A DNA stretch of 32,000 nucleotides from Delftia acidovorans NBRC 14950 (GCF_001598795.1 NZ_BCZP01000028.1:38287-70286), one strand, 5' to 3'. Shown: positions 18,127 to 27,856, counted from the stretch's first letter. Made by a program: numbers and translations. The notes: generated by a model not told the origin, from the letters alone.

Positions 18127-18165
18127 ACGGCCCGTTTGCACCAGCGACGGGCCGTTTTGCATTTG
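18127..18165 (+). terminator. Attenuator-type rho-independent terminator in the leader of the first leuA gene
   Basis: ACGGCCCGT (18127-18135) pairs with ACGGGCCGT (18147-18155), a perfect 9-bp stem followed by TTTTGCATTTG. It lies 60 nt upstream of the leuA ATG, inside a 5' leader rather than after a gene. pssA ends 128 nt upstream. Confidence 0.6.
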
Positions 18166-18224
18166 TGGGGTCGCTGGAGCAGGTGGGTCTTGTTTTTACC
18201 TAGACGATAGAAAGCACTTCAGCC

Positions 18225-19916
18225 ATGTTGCAAAACCCTTCGACCAAGTACCGTCCGTTCGCTTTCGCTCCCGTGCGTCTGCAAAATCGCAGCTGGCCCG
18301 ACGCGACGATTACCAAGGCTCCGATCTGGTGCAGCGTGGATCTGCGCGATGGCAACCAGGCGTTGATCGAGCCGATGGACATCGATCGCAAGATGCGCAT
18401 GTTCGAGCAACTGGTGAAGATCGGCTTCAAGGAGATCGAGGTCGGTTTTCCCTCCGCTTCGCAGGTGGAGTTCGACTTCATGCGCAAGCTCATCGAGGAA
18501 AACCGCATTCCCGATGACGTGACCATCCAGGTGCTGACCCAGGCGCGCGAGCACCTCATCCGCCGTACCTTCGAAGCGCTCGAAGGCGTGCCCCGTGCCA
18601 TCGTCCATCTGTACAACGCCACCGCGCCCGTGATGCGCCGCGTGGTGTTGAACATGAGTGAAGACGAGATCGTCGAGCTGGCCACCACCAATGCCCGCAT
18701 GTTCAACGAGATCGCTGCCGGCTACCCCCAGACGCAGTGGACCTTCCAGTACTCGCCCGAGATGTATTCGGACACCGAGCTGGAGTTTTCCAAGCGCGTC
18801 ATCGATGCCGTCACCGATGTATGGCAGCCCACGCCCGAGCGCAAGTGCATCATCAACCTGCCCACCACGGTGGAGCATTCCACGCCCAATCTGTTTGCCG
18901 ACATGGTGGAGTGGACGCACCGCCACATCCAGCGCCGTGATTCCATCGTGCTGTCCGTCCATCCCCACAACGATCGCGGCACCGGCACGGCCACGGCCGA
19001 GCTCGCGCTGATGGCCGGTGCCGACCGCCTCGAAGGCTGCCTGTTCGGCAACGGCGAGCGCACGGGCAACCTCGACGTGGTCAACGTGGCGCTGAACATG
19101 TATATCCAGGGCGTGTCGCCCGGGCTGGATTTCTCCGATATCGACGGCATCCGCAGCACGGTCGAGCATTGCAACCAGTTGCCCGTGCACCCGCGCCATC
19201 CCTATGTGGGCGATCTGGTCTACACCTCGTTCTCTGGCTCGCACCAGGATGCGATCAAGAAGGCCTTCGCCGACCGCAAGGAAGGCGACGTCTGGGACAT
19301 GCCCTATCTGCCCATCGATCCCAAGGACCTGGGTCGCAGCTATGAGGCCGTGATCCGCGTCAACAGCCAGTCGGGCAAGGGCGGCATCGCCTATCTGCTT
19401 GAAAGCGAATATGGCCTCCAGTTGCCGCGCCGCCTGCAGATCGAGTTCAGCCAGGTCGTGCAGCGCGAGATGGATGCCAGTGGCAAGGAATTGGCTGCCG
19501 CCGACCTGTGGAATCTGTTCCAGCGCGAATACGGCCTGCAATCCGTGCAGGCGCCGCACTACCGGCTGAGCGAGAACGATGGTGTGGTCAGCCTGTCGGC
19601 CGACCTGGCTGTCGAGGGCGGCAAGCGCACGGTCGAGGCCGAGGGCACGGGCCCGATCGACGCCTTCGTGCAGGCGCTGAGCGAGCACAGCGGCCGCGCG
19701 GTGCGCGTGCTGGACTATGCCGAGCACGCCATTGGCGAAGGTGCCAACGCCAAGGCCATCGCCTATGTGGAACTGCGCGTGGATGAGTCCCACGTGTGCT
19801 ACGGCGTCGGGGTCGATGCGAATATCGTCTCTGCCTCGTTCCGGGCCATCATGTCGGGCTTGCAGCGTGTTCCCTCCGCCGAGAATGCGGTGGAGCAGGA
19901 GGCGGTTGCCGCCTGA
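18225..19916 (+). CDS. leuA: 2-isopropylmalate synthase, long (actinobacterial/Pseudomonas/yeast-like, LeuA type 2) form
   Basis: 563 aa. The N-terminus [78 protein letters not shown] is the hallmark of long-form [23 protein letters not shown] and a C-terminal LeuA-dimer regulatory domain are present. Confidence 0.92.
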   Translation: MLQNPSTKYRPFAFAPVRLQNRSWPDATITKAPIWCSVDLRDGNQALIEPMDIDRKMRMFEQLVKIGFKEIEVGFPSASQVEFDFMRKLIEENRIPDDVTIQVLTQAREHLIRRTFEALEGVPRAIVHLYNATAPVMRRVVLNMSEDEIVELATTNARMFNEIAAGYPQTQWTFQYSPEMYSDTELEFSKRVIDAVTDVWQPTPERKCIINLPTTVEHSTPNLFADMVEWTHRHIQRRDSIVLSVHPHNDRGTGTATAELALMAGADRLEGCLFGNGERTGNLDVVNVALNMYIQGVSPGLDFSDIDGIRSTVEHCNQLPVHPRHPYVGDLVYTSFSGSHQDAIKKAFADRKEGDVWDMPYLPIDPKDLGRSYEAVIRVNSQSGKGGIAYLLESEYGLQLPRRLQIEFSQVVQREMDASGKELAAADLWNLFQREYGLQSVQAPHYRLSENDGVVSLSADLAVEGGKRTVEAEGTGPIDAFVQALSEHSGRAVRVLDYAEHAIGEGANAKAIAYVELRVDESHVCYGVGVDANIVSASFRAIMSGLQRVPSAENAVEQEAVAA

Positions 19917-19928
19917 ATTTCGTTCCCG

Positions 19929-19962
19929 AGCCGGTGCAGCCACAAGCGCACCGGCTTTTTTC
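19929..19962 (+). terminator. Rho-independent terminator between the two leuA paralogs
   Basis: AGCCGGTGC (19929-19937) pairs with GCACCGGCT (19948-19956), followed by TTTTTTC. Confidence 0.8.
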
Positions 19963-20015
19963 ATCGCCTGCCCGTGGGCAGGGGCTTCGCATCCACAAGA
20001 AAGACGAGACTCCCC

Positions 20016-21554
20016 ATGACCGACCAATTGATCATTTTCGACACCACCTTGCGTGACGGCGAGCAGTCGCCCGGTGCCTCCATGACCCGCGACGAGAAGC
20101 TGCGCATCGCGCGCCAGCTCGAACGGCTGAAGGTCGATGTGATCGAGGCCGGTTTTGCGGCGAGCTCCAACGGTGACTTCGAGTCGGTGCAGGCCATTGC
20201 GCGCGCCATCAAGGACTCCACTATCTGCTCGCTGGCGCGGGCCAATGACCGTGACATCGCCCGTGCGGCCGAAGCCCTCAAGGACGCCAACCGCGCGCGC
20301 ATCCACACCTTCATTGCGACCAGCGCGCTGCACATGGAGAAAAAGCTGCGCATGACGCCCGATCAGGTGCTGGAGCAGGCGCGCCAATCCGTGCGCTTTG
20401 CGCGCAACCTGATTGCCGACATCGAGTTCAGCCCGGAGGACGGCTACCGCAGCGACCCGGATTTCCTGTGCCGCGTCATCGAGACCGTGATCGCCGAGGG
20501 CGCAACCACGATCAACGTGCCCGACACCGTGGGCTATGCCATTCCCGAGCTCTACGGCGCCTTCATCAAGAACCTGCGCGAGCGCGTGCCCAACAGCGAC
20601 AAGGCGGTCTGGAGCGTGCACTGCCACAACGATCTGGGCATGGCCGTGGCCAACTCGCTGGCCGGCGTCAAGCTCGGCGGCGCCCGCCAGATCGAATGCA
20701 CCATCAATGGCCTGGGTGAGCGCGCCGGCAACTGCTCGCTGGAAGAGGTGGTGATGGCCATCAAGACGCGCAAGGATTACTTTGGCCTGGACGTCAACAT
20801 CGACGCCCTGCACATCGTGGCCGCCAGCCGCATGGTCAGCCAGACCACCGGCTTCGTGGTGCAGCCCAACAAGGCCGTGGTGGGGGCCAACGCCTTCGCC
20901 CACGCCTCCGGCATTCACCAGGACGGCGTGCTCAAGGCGCGCGACACCTACGAGATCATGCGTGCCGAGGACGTGGGCTGGAGCGCCAACAAGATCGTGC
21001 TGGGCAAGCTCAGCGGCCGCAACGCCTTCAAGCAGCGCTTGCACGAGCTGGGCGTGGAGCTGGACAGCGAAGCCGCGATCAATACCGCCTTCGCCGCCTT
21101 CAAGGAGCTGGCCGACCGCAAGAGCGAGATCTTCGACGAGGACATCCTGGCCCTGGTGACCGAGCAGGACGCGCATCAGCAGGCCGACCCCTTCCAGTTC
21201 ATCTCGCTGGCCCAGCAAAGCGAGACAGGTGAGCGCCCACATGCGTCAGTGGTGTTCAGCCGCGACGGCCGAGAGATCAAGGCCCAGTCCGACGGCAATG
21301 GCCCGGTCGATGCCTCGTTCAAGGCCATCGAATCCGAGGTGAAGAGCGGTGCCGAGATGCTGCTGTACTCGGTCAACGCCATCAGCGGCTCCACCGAAAG
21401 CCAGGGCGAAGTGACCGTTCGCCTGCAGCGCAGCGGGCGCGTGGTCAACGGCGTGGGCGCCGACCCTGACATCGTTGTGGCTTCTGCCAAGGCCTATCTG
21501 AGCGCGTTGAACAAATTACACAGCAATGCAGAGATCGTGGCTGCGCAGGGGTAA
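20016..21554 (+). CDS. leuA: 2-isopropylmalate synthase, short bacterial (E. coli-like, LeuA type 1) form
   Basis: Track ORF 19974..21554. The start is set at ATG 20016 ([56 protein letters not shown]). [29 protein letters not shown] and a C-terminal regulatory domain are present. Length is 512 aa. Confidence 0.95.
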   Translation: MTDQLIIFDTTLRDGEQSPGASMTRDEKLRIARQLERLKVDVIEAGFAASSNGDFESVQAIARAIKDSTICSLARANDRDIARAAEALKDANRARIHTFIATSALHMEKKLRMTPDQVLEQARQSVRFARNLIADIEFSPEDGYRSDPDFLCRVIETVIAEGATTINVPDTVGYAIPELYGAFIKNLRERVPNSDKAVWSVHCHNDLGMAVANSLAGVKLGGARQIECTINGLGERAGNCSLEEVVMAIKTRKDYFGLDVNIDALHIVAASRMVSQTTGFVVQPNKAVVGANAFAHASGIHQDGVLKARDTYEIMRAEDVGWSANKIVLGKLSGRNAFKQRLHELGVELDSEAAINTAFAAFKELADRKSEIFDEDILALVTEQDAHQQADPFQFISLAQQSETGERPHASVVFSRDGREIKAQSDGNGPVDASFKAIESEVKSGAEMLLYSVNAISGSTESQGEVTVRLQRSGRVVNGVGADPDIVVASAKAYLSALNKLHSNAEIVAAQG

Positions 21555-21582
21555 GCACTCGCCTTATAATTTCACTTAAATT

Positions 21583-21627
21583 ATCGAAAAGTCGCACAAG
21601 TTATTGTCACAGTGCGACTTTTTCGAT
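21583..21627. terminator. Long AT-flanked hairpin (bidirectional-type terminator) after the second leuA
   Basis: ATCGAAAAGTCGCAC (21583-21597) pairs with GTGCGACTTTTTCGAT (21612-21627). The arms are about 15 bp with a one-base bulge, with an A-run on the 5' side and a T-run on the 3' side. Confidence 0.75.
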
Positions 21628-21673
21628 TAATGTAAGGTCTAGTCACAAATTCTTGCTGCTTGGAGCATTTCTC

Positions 21674-22771
21674 ATGCCCACCCTACGCCGTGCCCGCCTC
21701 GGTCGATTTGCTCAGGTCATGTCCTTTCTGGCCCTGAGTTGTGCTCTTGCTGCTCCGGGCGCATATGCCGCGCCCGCCAAGAAAGTTGCCAAGAAACAGG
21801 TGGCCGTGGCCCCTGTCAAGAAGAAGGCGGTGAAGGAGCGCGCCACGGCCGCTCCCCAGGGCAAGCGCGTTGCCAAGAGCGCGCGCCAGCCCAGCCGCGT
21901 CGCTGCACGCAGCGTGGCCAGCCCCATTCGCGCCGTTGCCTACGAGCCACGCCTGTCCTTTGGCCAGATGGCCGGTCTGCATGCGGTGGCCGATCCTCTG
22001 GATCTCAAGAGCAGCGTGGCCCTGGTCCTGGACCAGGACACCCATGAGGTGCTGCTGAGCAAGAACGACCATGCCGTCTTGCCCATCGCCTCGTTGACCA
22101 AGCTGATGACCGGCCTGCTGATTTCCCAGGCCCATCTGCCGATGGATGAAACCATCACCATCACGCAGGACGACGTGGATACCGAAAAGGGCAGCAGCTC
22201 GCGCCTGGCCGTCGGCACCACGCTCACGCGCGGTGAAATGCTGCACCTGGCCCTGATGTCCAGCGAAAATCGCGCTGCCCACGCCCTGGGCCGCACTTTC
22301 CCTGGTGGCCTTGATGCCTTTGTCCAGCAGATGAATGCCAAGGCCCGTCTGCTGGGCATGACCGATACCCGCTACGTGGAGCCCACCGGGCTGTCCAGCC
22401 GCAACCAGTCCAGTGCCCGTGATCTGGCCGTGCTCGTCAATGTGGCCCACAGCGATCCGCTGGTGCGCGAGTACACCACCTCGCCCGGCTATGAGGTGGC
22501 CGTTGGCCGCCGCACGCTGCAGTACAACAACACCAACCGCCTGGTGATGAGCCCCACCTGGGACATCGGTCTGCAAAAGACCGGCTACATCTCCGAGGCG
22601 GGCCGCTGCCTGGTCATGCAGGCGCAGGTGGCTGGCCGCAAGATCATCATGGTCTTCTTGGATTCGGCCGGAAAGTTCAGCCGCCTCGGCGATGCCGAGC
22701 GCGTGCGCCACTGGGTGGAGTCCATGGGACAGGTGGCTGGCGATCCCATGATCCACAAGGTCAAGGGCTGA
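21674..22771 (+). CDS. D-alanyl-D-alanine endopeptidase/carboxypeptidase (peptidase S11, PBP7/PbpG-like) with a basic N-terminal extension
   Basis: Track ORF starts at TTG 21653. I prefer the ATG at 21674, with GGAG 8 nt upstream. The signal peptide is MPTLRRARLGRFAQVMSFLALSCALAAPGAYA. The active-site motifs SLTK (SxxK), SEN (SxN) and KTG are all present. Confidence 0.85.
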   Translation: MPTLRRARLGRFAQVMSFLALSCALAAPGAYAAPAKKVAKKQVAVAPVKKKAVKERATAAPQGKRVAKSARQPSRVAARSVASPIRAVAYEPRLSFGQMAGLHAVADPLDLKSSVALVLDQDTHEVLLSKNDHAVLPIASLTKLMTGLLISQAHLPMDETITITQDDVDTEKGSSSRLAVGTTLTRGEMLHLALMSSENRAAHALGRTFPGGLDAFVQQMNAKARLLGMTDTRYVEPTGLSSRNQSSARDLAVLVNVAHSDPLVREYTTSPGYEVAVGRRTLQYNNTNRLVMSPTWDIGLQKTGYISEAGRCLVMQAQVAGRKIIMVFLDSAGKFSRLGDAERVRHWVESMGQVAGDPMIHKVKG

Positions 22772-22790
22772 GTTTTCTTTCCCCTCACGA

Positions 22791-22820
22791 CAAAGGCGCC
22801 GATGGCGCCTTTGTTGTTTC
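22791..22820. terminator. Rho-independent terminator between the convergent PBP and IclR genes
   Basis: CAAAGGCGCC (22791-22800), loop GAT, GGCGCCTTTG (22804-22813), then TTGTTTC. Confidence 0.75.
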
Positions 22821-22882
22821 TGGTGGGCAGAGGTCTGTCTTGCCAATGGCCCCTGGCCAATGCCAACGGGGCCGACGGCTGT

Positions 22883-23707
22883 TCAGTGGCTGCTGCGCGC
22901 GTAGGGGTTGGGTGGCGGTGCCGCCGGGCGGGTTGCGTTGAAGCCCAGGGCGCCCGAGATCTCCTGTGCGGTGGACTGGAGCTTGGACATCCAGCTTTCG
23001 TCCAGCCGGTCGGCGGGAGCGGAGATGGACAGGCCGGCCACCAGCTTGCCCTGGTCGTCGTAGATGCCGGCGGCCATGCAGCGCACGCCCAGTTCCAGCT
23101 CTTCGTTGTCGCGGGCCACGCCATGGTGGCGTACCTTGTCCAGCTCGTTTTCCATGTCGGCCAGCCGCGTGATGCTGAAGTGCGTCTTGCCGGGCAGGCC
23201 GGTGCGCGTGGCGTAGGCGCGGACCTGTTGCGCATCGTCCGCCGCCAGGAACAGCTTGCCGTTGGATGTCAGGTGCAGCGGCGCATGGCCGCCGATGGCG
23301 CGCACCACCTGCATGCCGGAGCGCTCGCTGTAGGCGCGTTCCACATAGACGATTTCATCGCCCTGGCGCACGCTGAGGCTGACCGGCTGCTGGATCTGCT
23401 TGTGCAGCTGGCGCATGGGGATCAGGGCCGCTTCGCGCACGCTCAGGCGGGCCTTGACCAGATTGCCCAGTTCCAGGAAGCGCATGCCCAGGCGGTAGCT
23501 GCCCGATTCGGGGCGATCGACAAAGCGGCCGATGGCCAGATCGTTGAGGATGCGGTGCGTGGTGGAGGGGTGCAGGCCGGTGCGCTCGCTGATCTCCTTG
23601 AGCGATACCGCTTCCTCGCGCGAGGCCAACACGTCGATCAACGTGAACATGCGTTCCAGGACCTGGACGCTGGGCTTGGGGGAGGCCGCGTTATCGTTTT
23701 TTTTCAT
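22883..23707 (-). CDS. IclR family transcriptional regulator
   Basis: 274 aa. The N-terminal wHTH is VQVLERMFTLIDVLASREEAVSLKEISERTGLHPSTTHRILNDL. The C-terminal IclR effector domain includes ...APLHLTSNGKLFLA...ELELGVRCMAAGIYD.... Confidence 0.88.
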   Translation of the reverse strand: MKKNDNAASPKPSVQVLERMFTLIDVLASREEAVSLKEISERTGLHPSTTHRILNDLAIGRFVDRPESGSYRLGMRFLELGNLVKARLSVREAALIPMRQLHKQIQQPVSLSVRQGDEIVYVERAYSERSGMQVVRAIGGHAPLHLTSNGKLFLAADDAQQVRAYATRTGLPGKTHFSITRLADMENELDKVRHHGVARDNEELELGVRCMAAGIYDDQGKLVAGLSISAPADRLDESWMSKLQSTAQEISGALGFNATRPAAPPPNPYARSSH

Positions 23708-23835
23708 GAGGCGGAGTGGAGTTTCGGCATTCGGTCATTCTAGCGGCGGCCATGGCATGGCGGCATATGTGCCGCCAGCAAACAGCGGCTATGCGCATAA
23801 GAAATGTCGCTGAAAAGGCGTGGAGTGACGCTGTA

Positions 23836-25367
<1,532 letters not shown>

Positions 25368-25602
25368 GATCGGGTGCGGACGGAGGAAATGGTTTCGTAT
25401 TCTCTGCAGCCGCAGTCTTGCACAAACCATGCGCAAGAGGGCTGCGTGGATGCGAGGGCATCGCCTGGCCGGGGTAAGTGAACCTCCTACGTGGCCTTGT
25501 CGCGCCAGGGGACAGTGCCTCTTGGCAAGCTTGGGCTATGCTGGTTCCGTCTTCTTGCGGATGCTTGGCTTTCGCTGTGAAGGCATCGAAGGAGGATGAG
25601 CG

Positions 25603-25929
25603 ATGTTTTTCAGCAAAATCTTTGGCGCAAGCTTTGCCGAGCCGCGCTATATCCGTCGCACCCGGGCCTACCTGCAGGAAGCCCGCATGGCGATGCTGGA
25701 GCACACCATTGCCGCGGAGTACTACAAGTCCTCTGCTGACATGTATGCGGAACGTGCCGCACGGCTGGAAGAAGAGCTGCGCGCATGGGAAGAGGGTGTC
25801 GAGCAATCCCGTGCCGCCCATGTTTCGCGCCGCGCACATGCCAGGCACAGCAAGCCCGTCACCGTGGAGCCCGCTGCAACTCCATCGCCACCGAACACGC
25901 CCACCGTGGGCATGGTGCGCGCAGCCTGA
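25603..25929 (+). CDS. Hypothetical small protein (108 aa, predicted helical/coiled-coil N-terminal part, Pro-rich C-terminus)
   Basis: GGAGG (25591-25595) lies 7 nt before the ATG. A strong terminator lies 9 nt after the stop. I recognise no family. Coding status is supported only by these signals. Confidence 0.55.
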   Translation: MFFSKIFGASFAEPRYIRRTRAYLQEARMAMLEHTIAAEYYKSSADMYAERAARLEEELRAWEEGVEQSRAAHVSRRAHARHSKPVTVEPAATPSPPNTPTVGMVRAA

Positions 25930-25937
25930 CCCAACAA

Positions 25938-25969
25938 AAAAGCCCGCATGCGTTGGCATGCGGGCTTTT
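25938..25969. terminator. Bidirectional rho-independent terminator (serves the hypothetical gene on + and the tRNA-Asn array on -)
   Basis: AAAAGCCCGCATGC (25938-25951), loop GTTG, GCATGCGGGCTTTT (25956-25969). The stem is perfect, with an A-run and a T-run on opposite sides. Confidence 0.8.
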
Positions 25970-25973
25970 CATC

Positions 25974-26049
25974 TGGCTCCTCAACCTGGGCTCGAACCAG
26001 GGACCTACGGATTAACAGTCCGGCGCTCTACCAACTGAGCTATTGAGGA
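25974..26049 (-). tRNA. tRNA-Asn (anticodon GTT), CCA encoded
   Basis: The reverse complement is TCCTCAATAGCTCAGTTGGTAGAGCGCCGGACTGTTAATCCGTAGGTCCCTGGTTCGAGCCCAGGTTGAGGAGCCA. It has a 7-bp acceptor stem, D arm GCTC/GAGC, anticodon loop CTGTTAA and T arm CCTGG-TTCGAGC-CCAGG. Length is 76 nt. Confidence 0.95.
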
Positions 26050-26094
26050 ATATGTTGGCGTTGGGTCTTGTGCGATTGCAAGGCCACTGAAATT

Positions 26095-26170
26095 TGGCTC
26101 CTCAACCTGGGCTCGAACCAGGGACCTACGGATTAACAGTCCGGCGCTCTACCAACTGAGCTATTGAGGA
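26095..26170 (-). tRNA. tRNA-Asn (anticodon GTT), identical copy 2
   Basis: Same 76-nt sequence as 25974-26049. Confidence 0.95.
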
Positions 26171-26223
26171 ATACACGTCTATCGACAGAGATCTTGTGCG
26201 GTTGCAAGATCTTGAAATTCTTT

Positions 26224-26299
26224 TGGCTCCTCAACCTGGGCTCGAACCAGGGACCTACGGATTAACAGTCCGGCGCTCTACCAACTGAGCTATTGAGGA
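26224..26299 (-). tRNA. tRNA-Asn (anticodon GTT), identical copy 3
   Basis: Same 76-nt sequence as 25974-26049. Confidence 0.95.
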
Positions 26300-26310
26300 A
26301 CAAGACCTAG

Positions 26311-26345
26311 ATTATATGACGTAAAAAACACGTCACAGAAAACTC
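26311..26345 (-). promoter_or_regulatory. Candidate sigma-70 promoter of the tRNA-Asn array
   Basis: The minus strand reads ...TTCTGTGACGTGTTTTTTACGTCATATAATCTAGGTCTTG-tRNA. It has a perfect TATAAT (complement of 26311-26316) 11 nt upstream of the first tRNA 5' end. The -35 is weak. The spacer contains the inverted repeat TGACGT/ACGTCA. Confidence 0.4.
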
Positions 26346-26386
26346 GGGGGAATTTTTTCAGGAAGGCCGGCTGCAGGCCTTCATTC

Positions 26387-26944
26387 TCACGGCTCGGGCC
26401 TGAACCACAGCCATACCAGCACGCAGCCCATGGAGGTCAGCGCCACGGCCTGCACCCAGGCGGGCGGGCGAGTCCACAGCAGTATGACGGCGCACAGGCT
26501 CATCATGGCGCTGGCGCTCCATTTGGCGCGCCGGCTCACGCAGCCGCCCCGTGCCCAGTTGCGCAGCATGGGGCCGAACAGGCGATGGCGCCACAGCCAG
26601 GTGTGCATGCGCTGCGAGCTGCGCGCCGCGGCCCAGCCGGCCATGAGCACGAACACCGTGGTGGGCAATCCTGGAATGAAGATGCCGGCAATGCCCGTGG
26701 CCAGGCTCAGGCAGGCAAACAGCTGCAGCGCCCAGCGCAACGGGGCGGCCGGCATGCGGTGCAGGGGAGGGGGATCGTCATCATGGAAGGCCGGCGCCGT
26801 GCCTGCCTGCGCAGTGGCCTCGGGCTCCAGGGTCTGTGCCGTGGGTATTTGCTGCGCGCCTGCCTCACGGTCCTCTGGGGACGCGGTGGATGACTCTCTG
26901 GCGGTGCTGGGCATGCTGCGATTGTGCCAGCGCGCTGTGGCCAT
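26387..26944 (-). CDS. YbaN/DUF454 family inner-membrane protein with an N-terminal extension
   Basis: The C-terminal roughly 120 aa (LQLFACLSLATGIAGIFIPGLPTTVFVLMAGWAAARSSQRMHTWLWRHRLFGPMLRNW...) match the DUF454 pattern. The start is ambiguous: TTG 26953, ATG 26944, ATG 26914 or ATG 26758. None has an SD. Confidence 0.65.
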   Translation of the reverse strand: MATARWHNRSMPSTARESSTASPEDREAGAQQIPTAQTLEPEATAQAGTAPAFHDDDPPPLHRMPAAPLRWALQLFACLSLATGIAGIFIPGLPTTVFVLMAGWAAARSSQRMHTWLWRHRLFGPMLRNWARGGCVSRRAKWSASAMMSLCAVILLWTRPPAWVQAVALTSMGCVLVWLWFRPEP

Positions 26945-27033
26945 GGCGGCCAAGAGGTGGCCAGGGGGCGGCCGGGAGCCGGGCGGCCGCTATGCTTGGC
27001 AACCCACATTTACATGCATAGCCTTGCACTGCC

Positions 27034-27573
27034 ATGACTGTCCGCACCATTTTGAAGATGGGCGATCCGCGCCTGCTGCGCGTCGCCCAGCCCGTGACCG
27101 AATTCGACACCGACGATCTGCACCTGCTGCTCAGCGATTTGCTGGACACCATGCATGCAGCCAACGGCGCGGGGCTGGCCGCGCCGCAGATTGGCGTGGA
27201 CCTGCAGATGGTGGTGTTCGGCTCCGGCCTGCCCAATCCGCGATACCCCGATGCGCCCGTGGTGCCGCGCACCGTGCTCATCAACCCGGTCATCACGCCC
27301 ATGGGCGAGGAAGAGCAACTGGACTGGGAAGGCTGCCTGTCCGTACCGGGAATGCGCGGCATGGTGCCGCGCTGGAACCATATCCGCTACACGGGCTTCG
27401 ATGTGTTTGGCGATGCCATCGACCGCACGGTGGATGGCTTTCATGCGCGCGTGGTCCAGCATGAGTGCGATCACCTCTGGGGAAAGCTCTATCCCATGCG
27501 CATGCGTGACTTCAGCCAGTTCGGTTTCACCGATGTGCTGTTCCCCGGCATCAGCGCGGCCGAGGACGACTGA
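27034..27573 (+). CDS. def: Peptide deformylase
   Basis: 179 aa. The three PDF motifs are present: [18 protein letters not shown] and QHECDHL. Confidence 0.93.
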   Translation: MTVRTILKMGDPRLLRVAQPVTEFDTDDLHLLLSDLLDTMHAANGAGLAAPQIGVDLQMVVFGSGLPNPRYPDAPVVPRTVLINPVITPMGEEEQLDWEGCLSVPGMRGMVPRWNHIRYTGFDVFGDAIDRTVDGFHARVVQHECDHLWGKLYPMRMRDFSQFGFTDVLFPGISAAEDD

Positions 27574-27770
27574 GCGGGCGGGCGCTGCCCGTATTCAAAG
27601 ATCTTCGGTCAGGTCTTTGTATACAAATCGGTAGACAATTTTTCCATGCTGGCGCCGTACATTGGCACTTCCCGCCAAGGCGGGGATTGTGTGCGTTCGC
27701 CCGCCAAGAGCTGCCAAGCAGCCACCGGGCTTCGCGATGCAGGATGCAGGAGAGCGCGGCCTATCGGGTC

Positions 27771-27856
27771 GGCGGCAAAGGGTGCGCGGGGGCGCGCCTG
27801 CCGCCATCCGGCTGCCGCGTACTTGTCCGGCGTTCTGTGAACAAGAGGACAAGGAG
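27771..27856 (+). promoter_or_regulatory. Structured 5' leader of the NCS2 permease gene (candidate riboswitch or translational control element)
   Basis: GGCGGCA (27771-27777) pairs with TGCCGCC (27799-27805), enclosing GCGCG/CGCGC with an asymmetric AAGGGT internal loop. CTTGTCC (27822-27828) can pair with GGACAAG (27847-27853), which overlaps the SD AAGGAG at 27851-27856, or through its CTTGT part (27822-27826) with ACAAG (27841-27845). Confidence 0.3.

Noticed and set aside
18219-21242. A 1007-aa ORF on the minus strand spanning both leuA genes and the terminator between them
   Set aside because: It is exactly antisense to two genes with unmistakable LeuA sequences. Its product is low-complexity and rich in G, A, H, R, L, V, D and Q, as expected for a shadow frame. 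At about two-thirds G+C, stop codons are rare in antisense frames. It has no recognisable motifs, so I treat it as a high-GC shadow ORF.
21565-21570. Perfect TATAAT 11 nt after the leuA stop and just before the terminator hairpin (possible tiny sRNA)
   Set aside because: There is no -35 element. The resulting transcript would be essentially only the terminator hairpin. This is most simply a chance hexamer in an AT-rich inter-operon gap.
25974-26299. Regular 76-nt repeats with spacers of about 45-53 nt that could be mistaken for a CRISPR array or a satellite; also checked as a tRNA-linked genomic island
   Set aside because: The repeats fold as complete tRNA-Asn cloverleaves with CCA ends. There are no cas genes, no integrase and no partial tRNA direct repeat elsewhere in the window.
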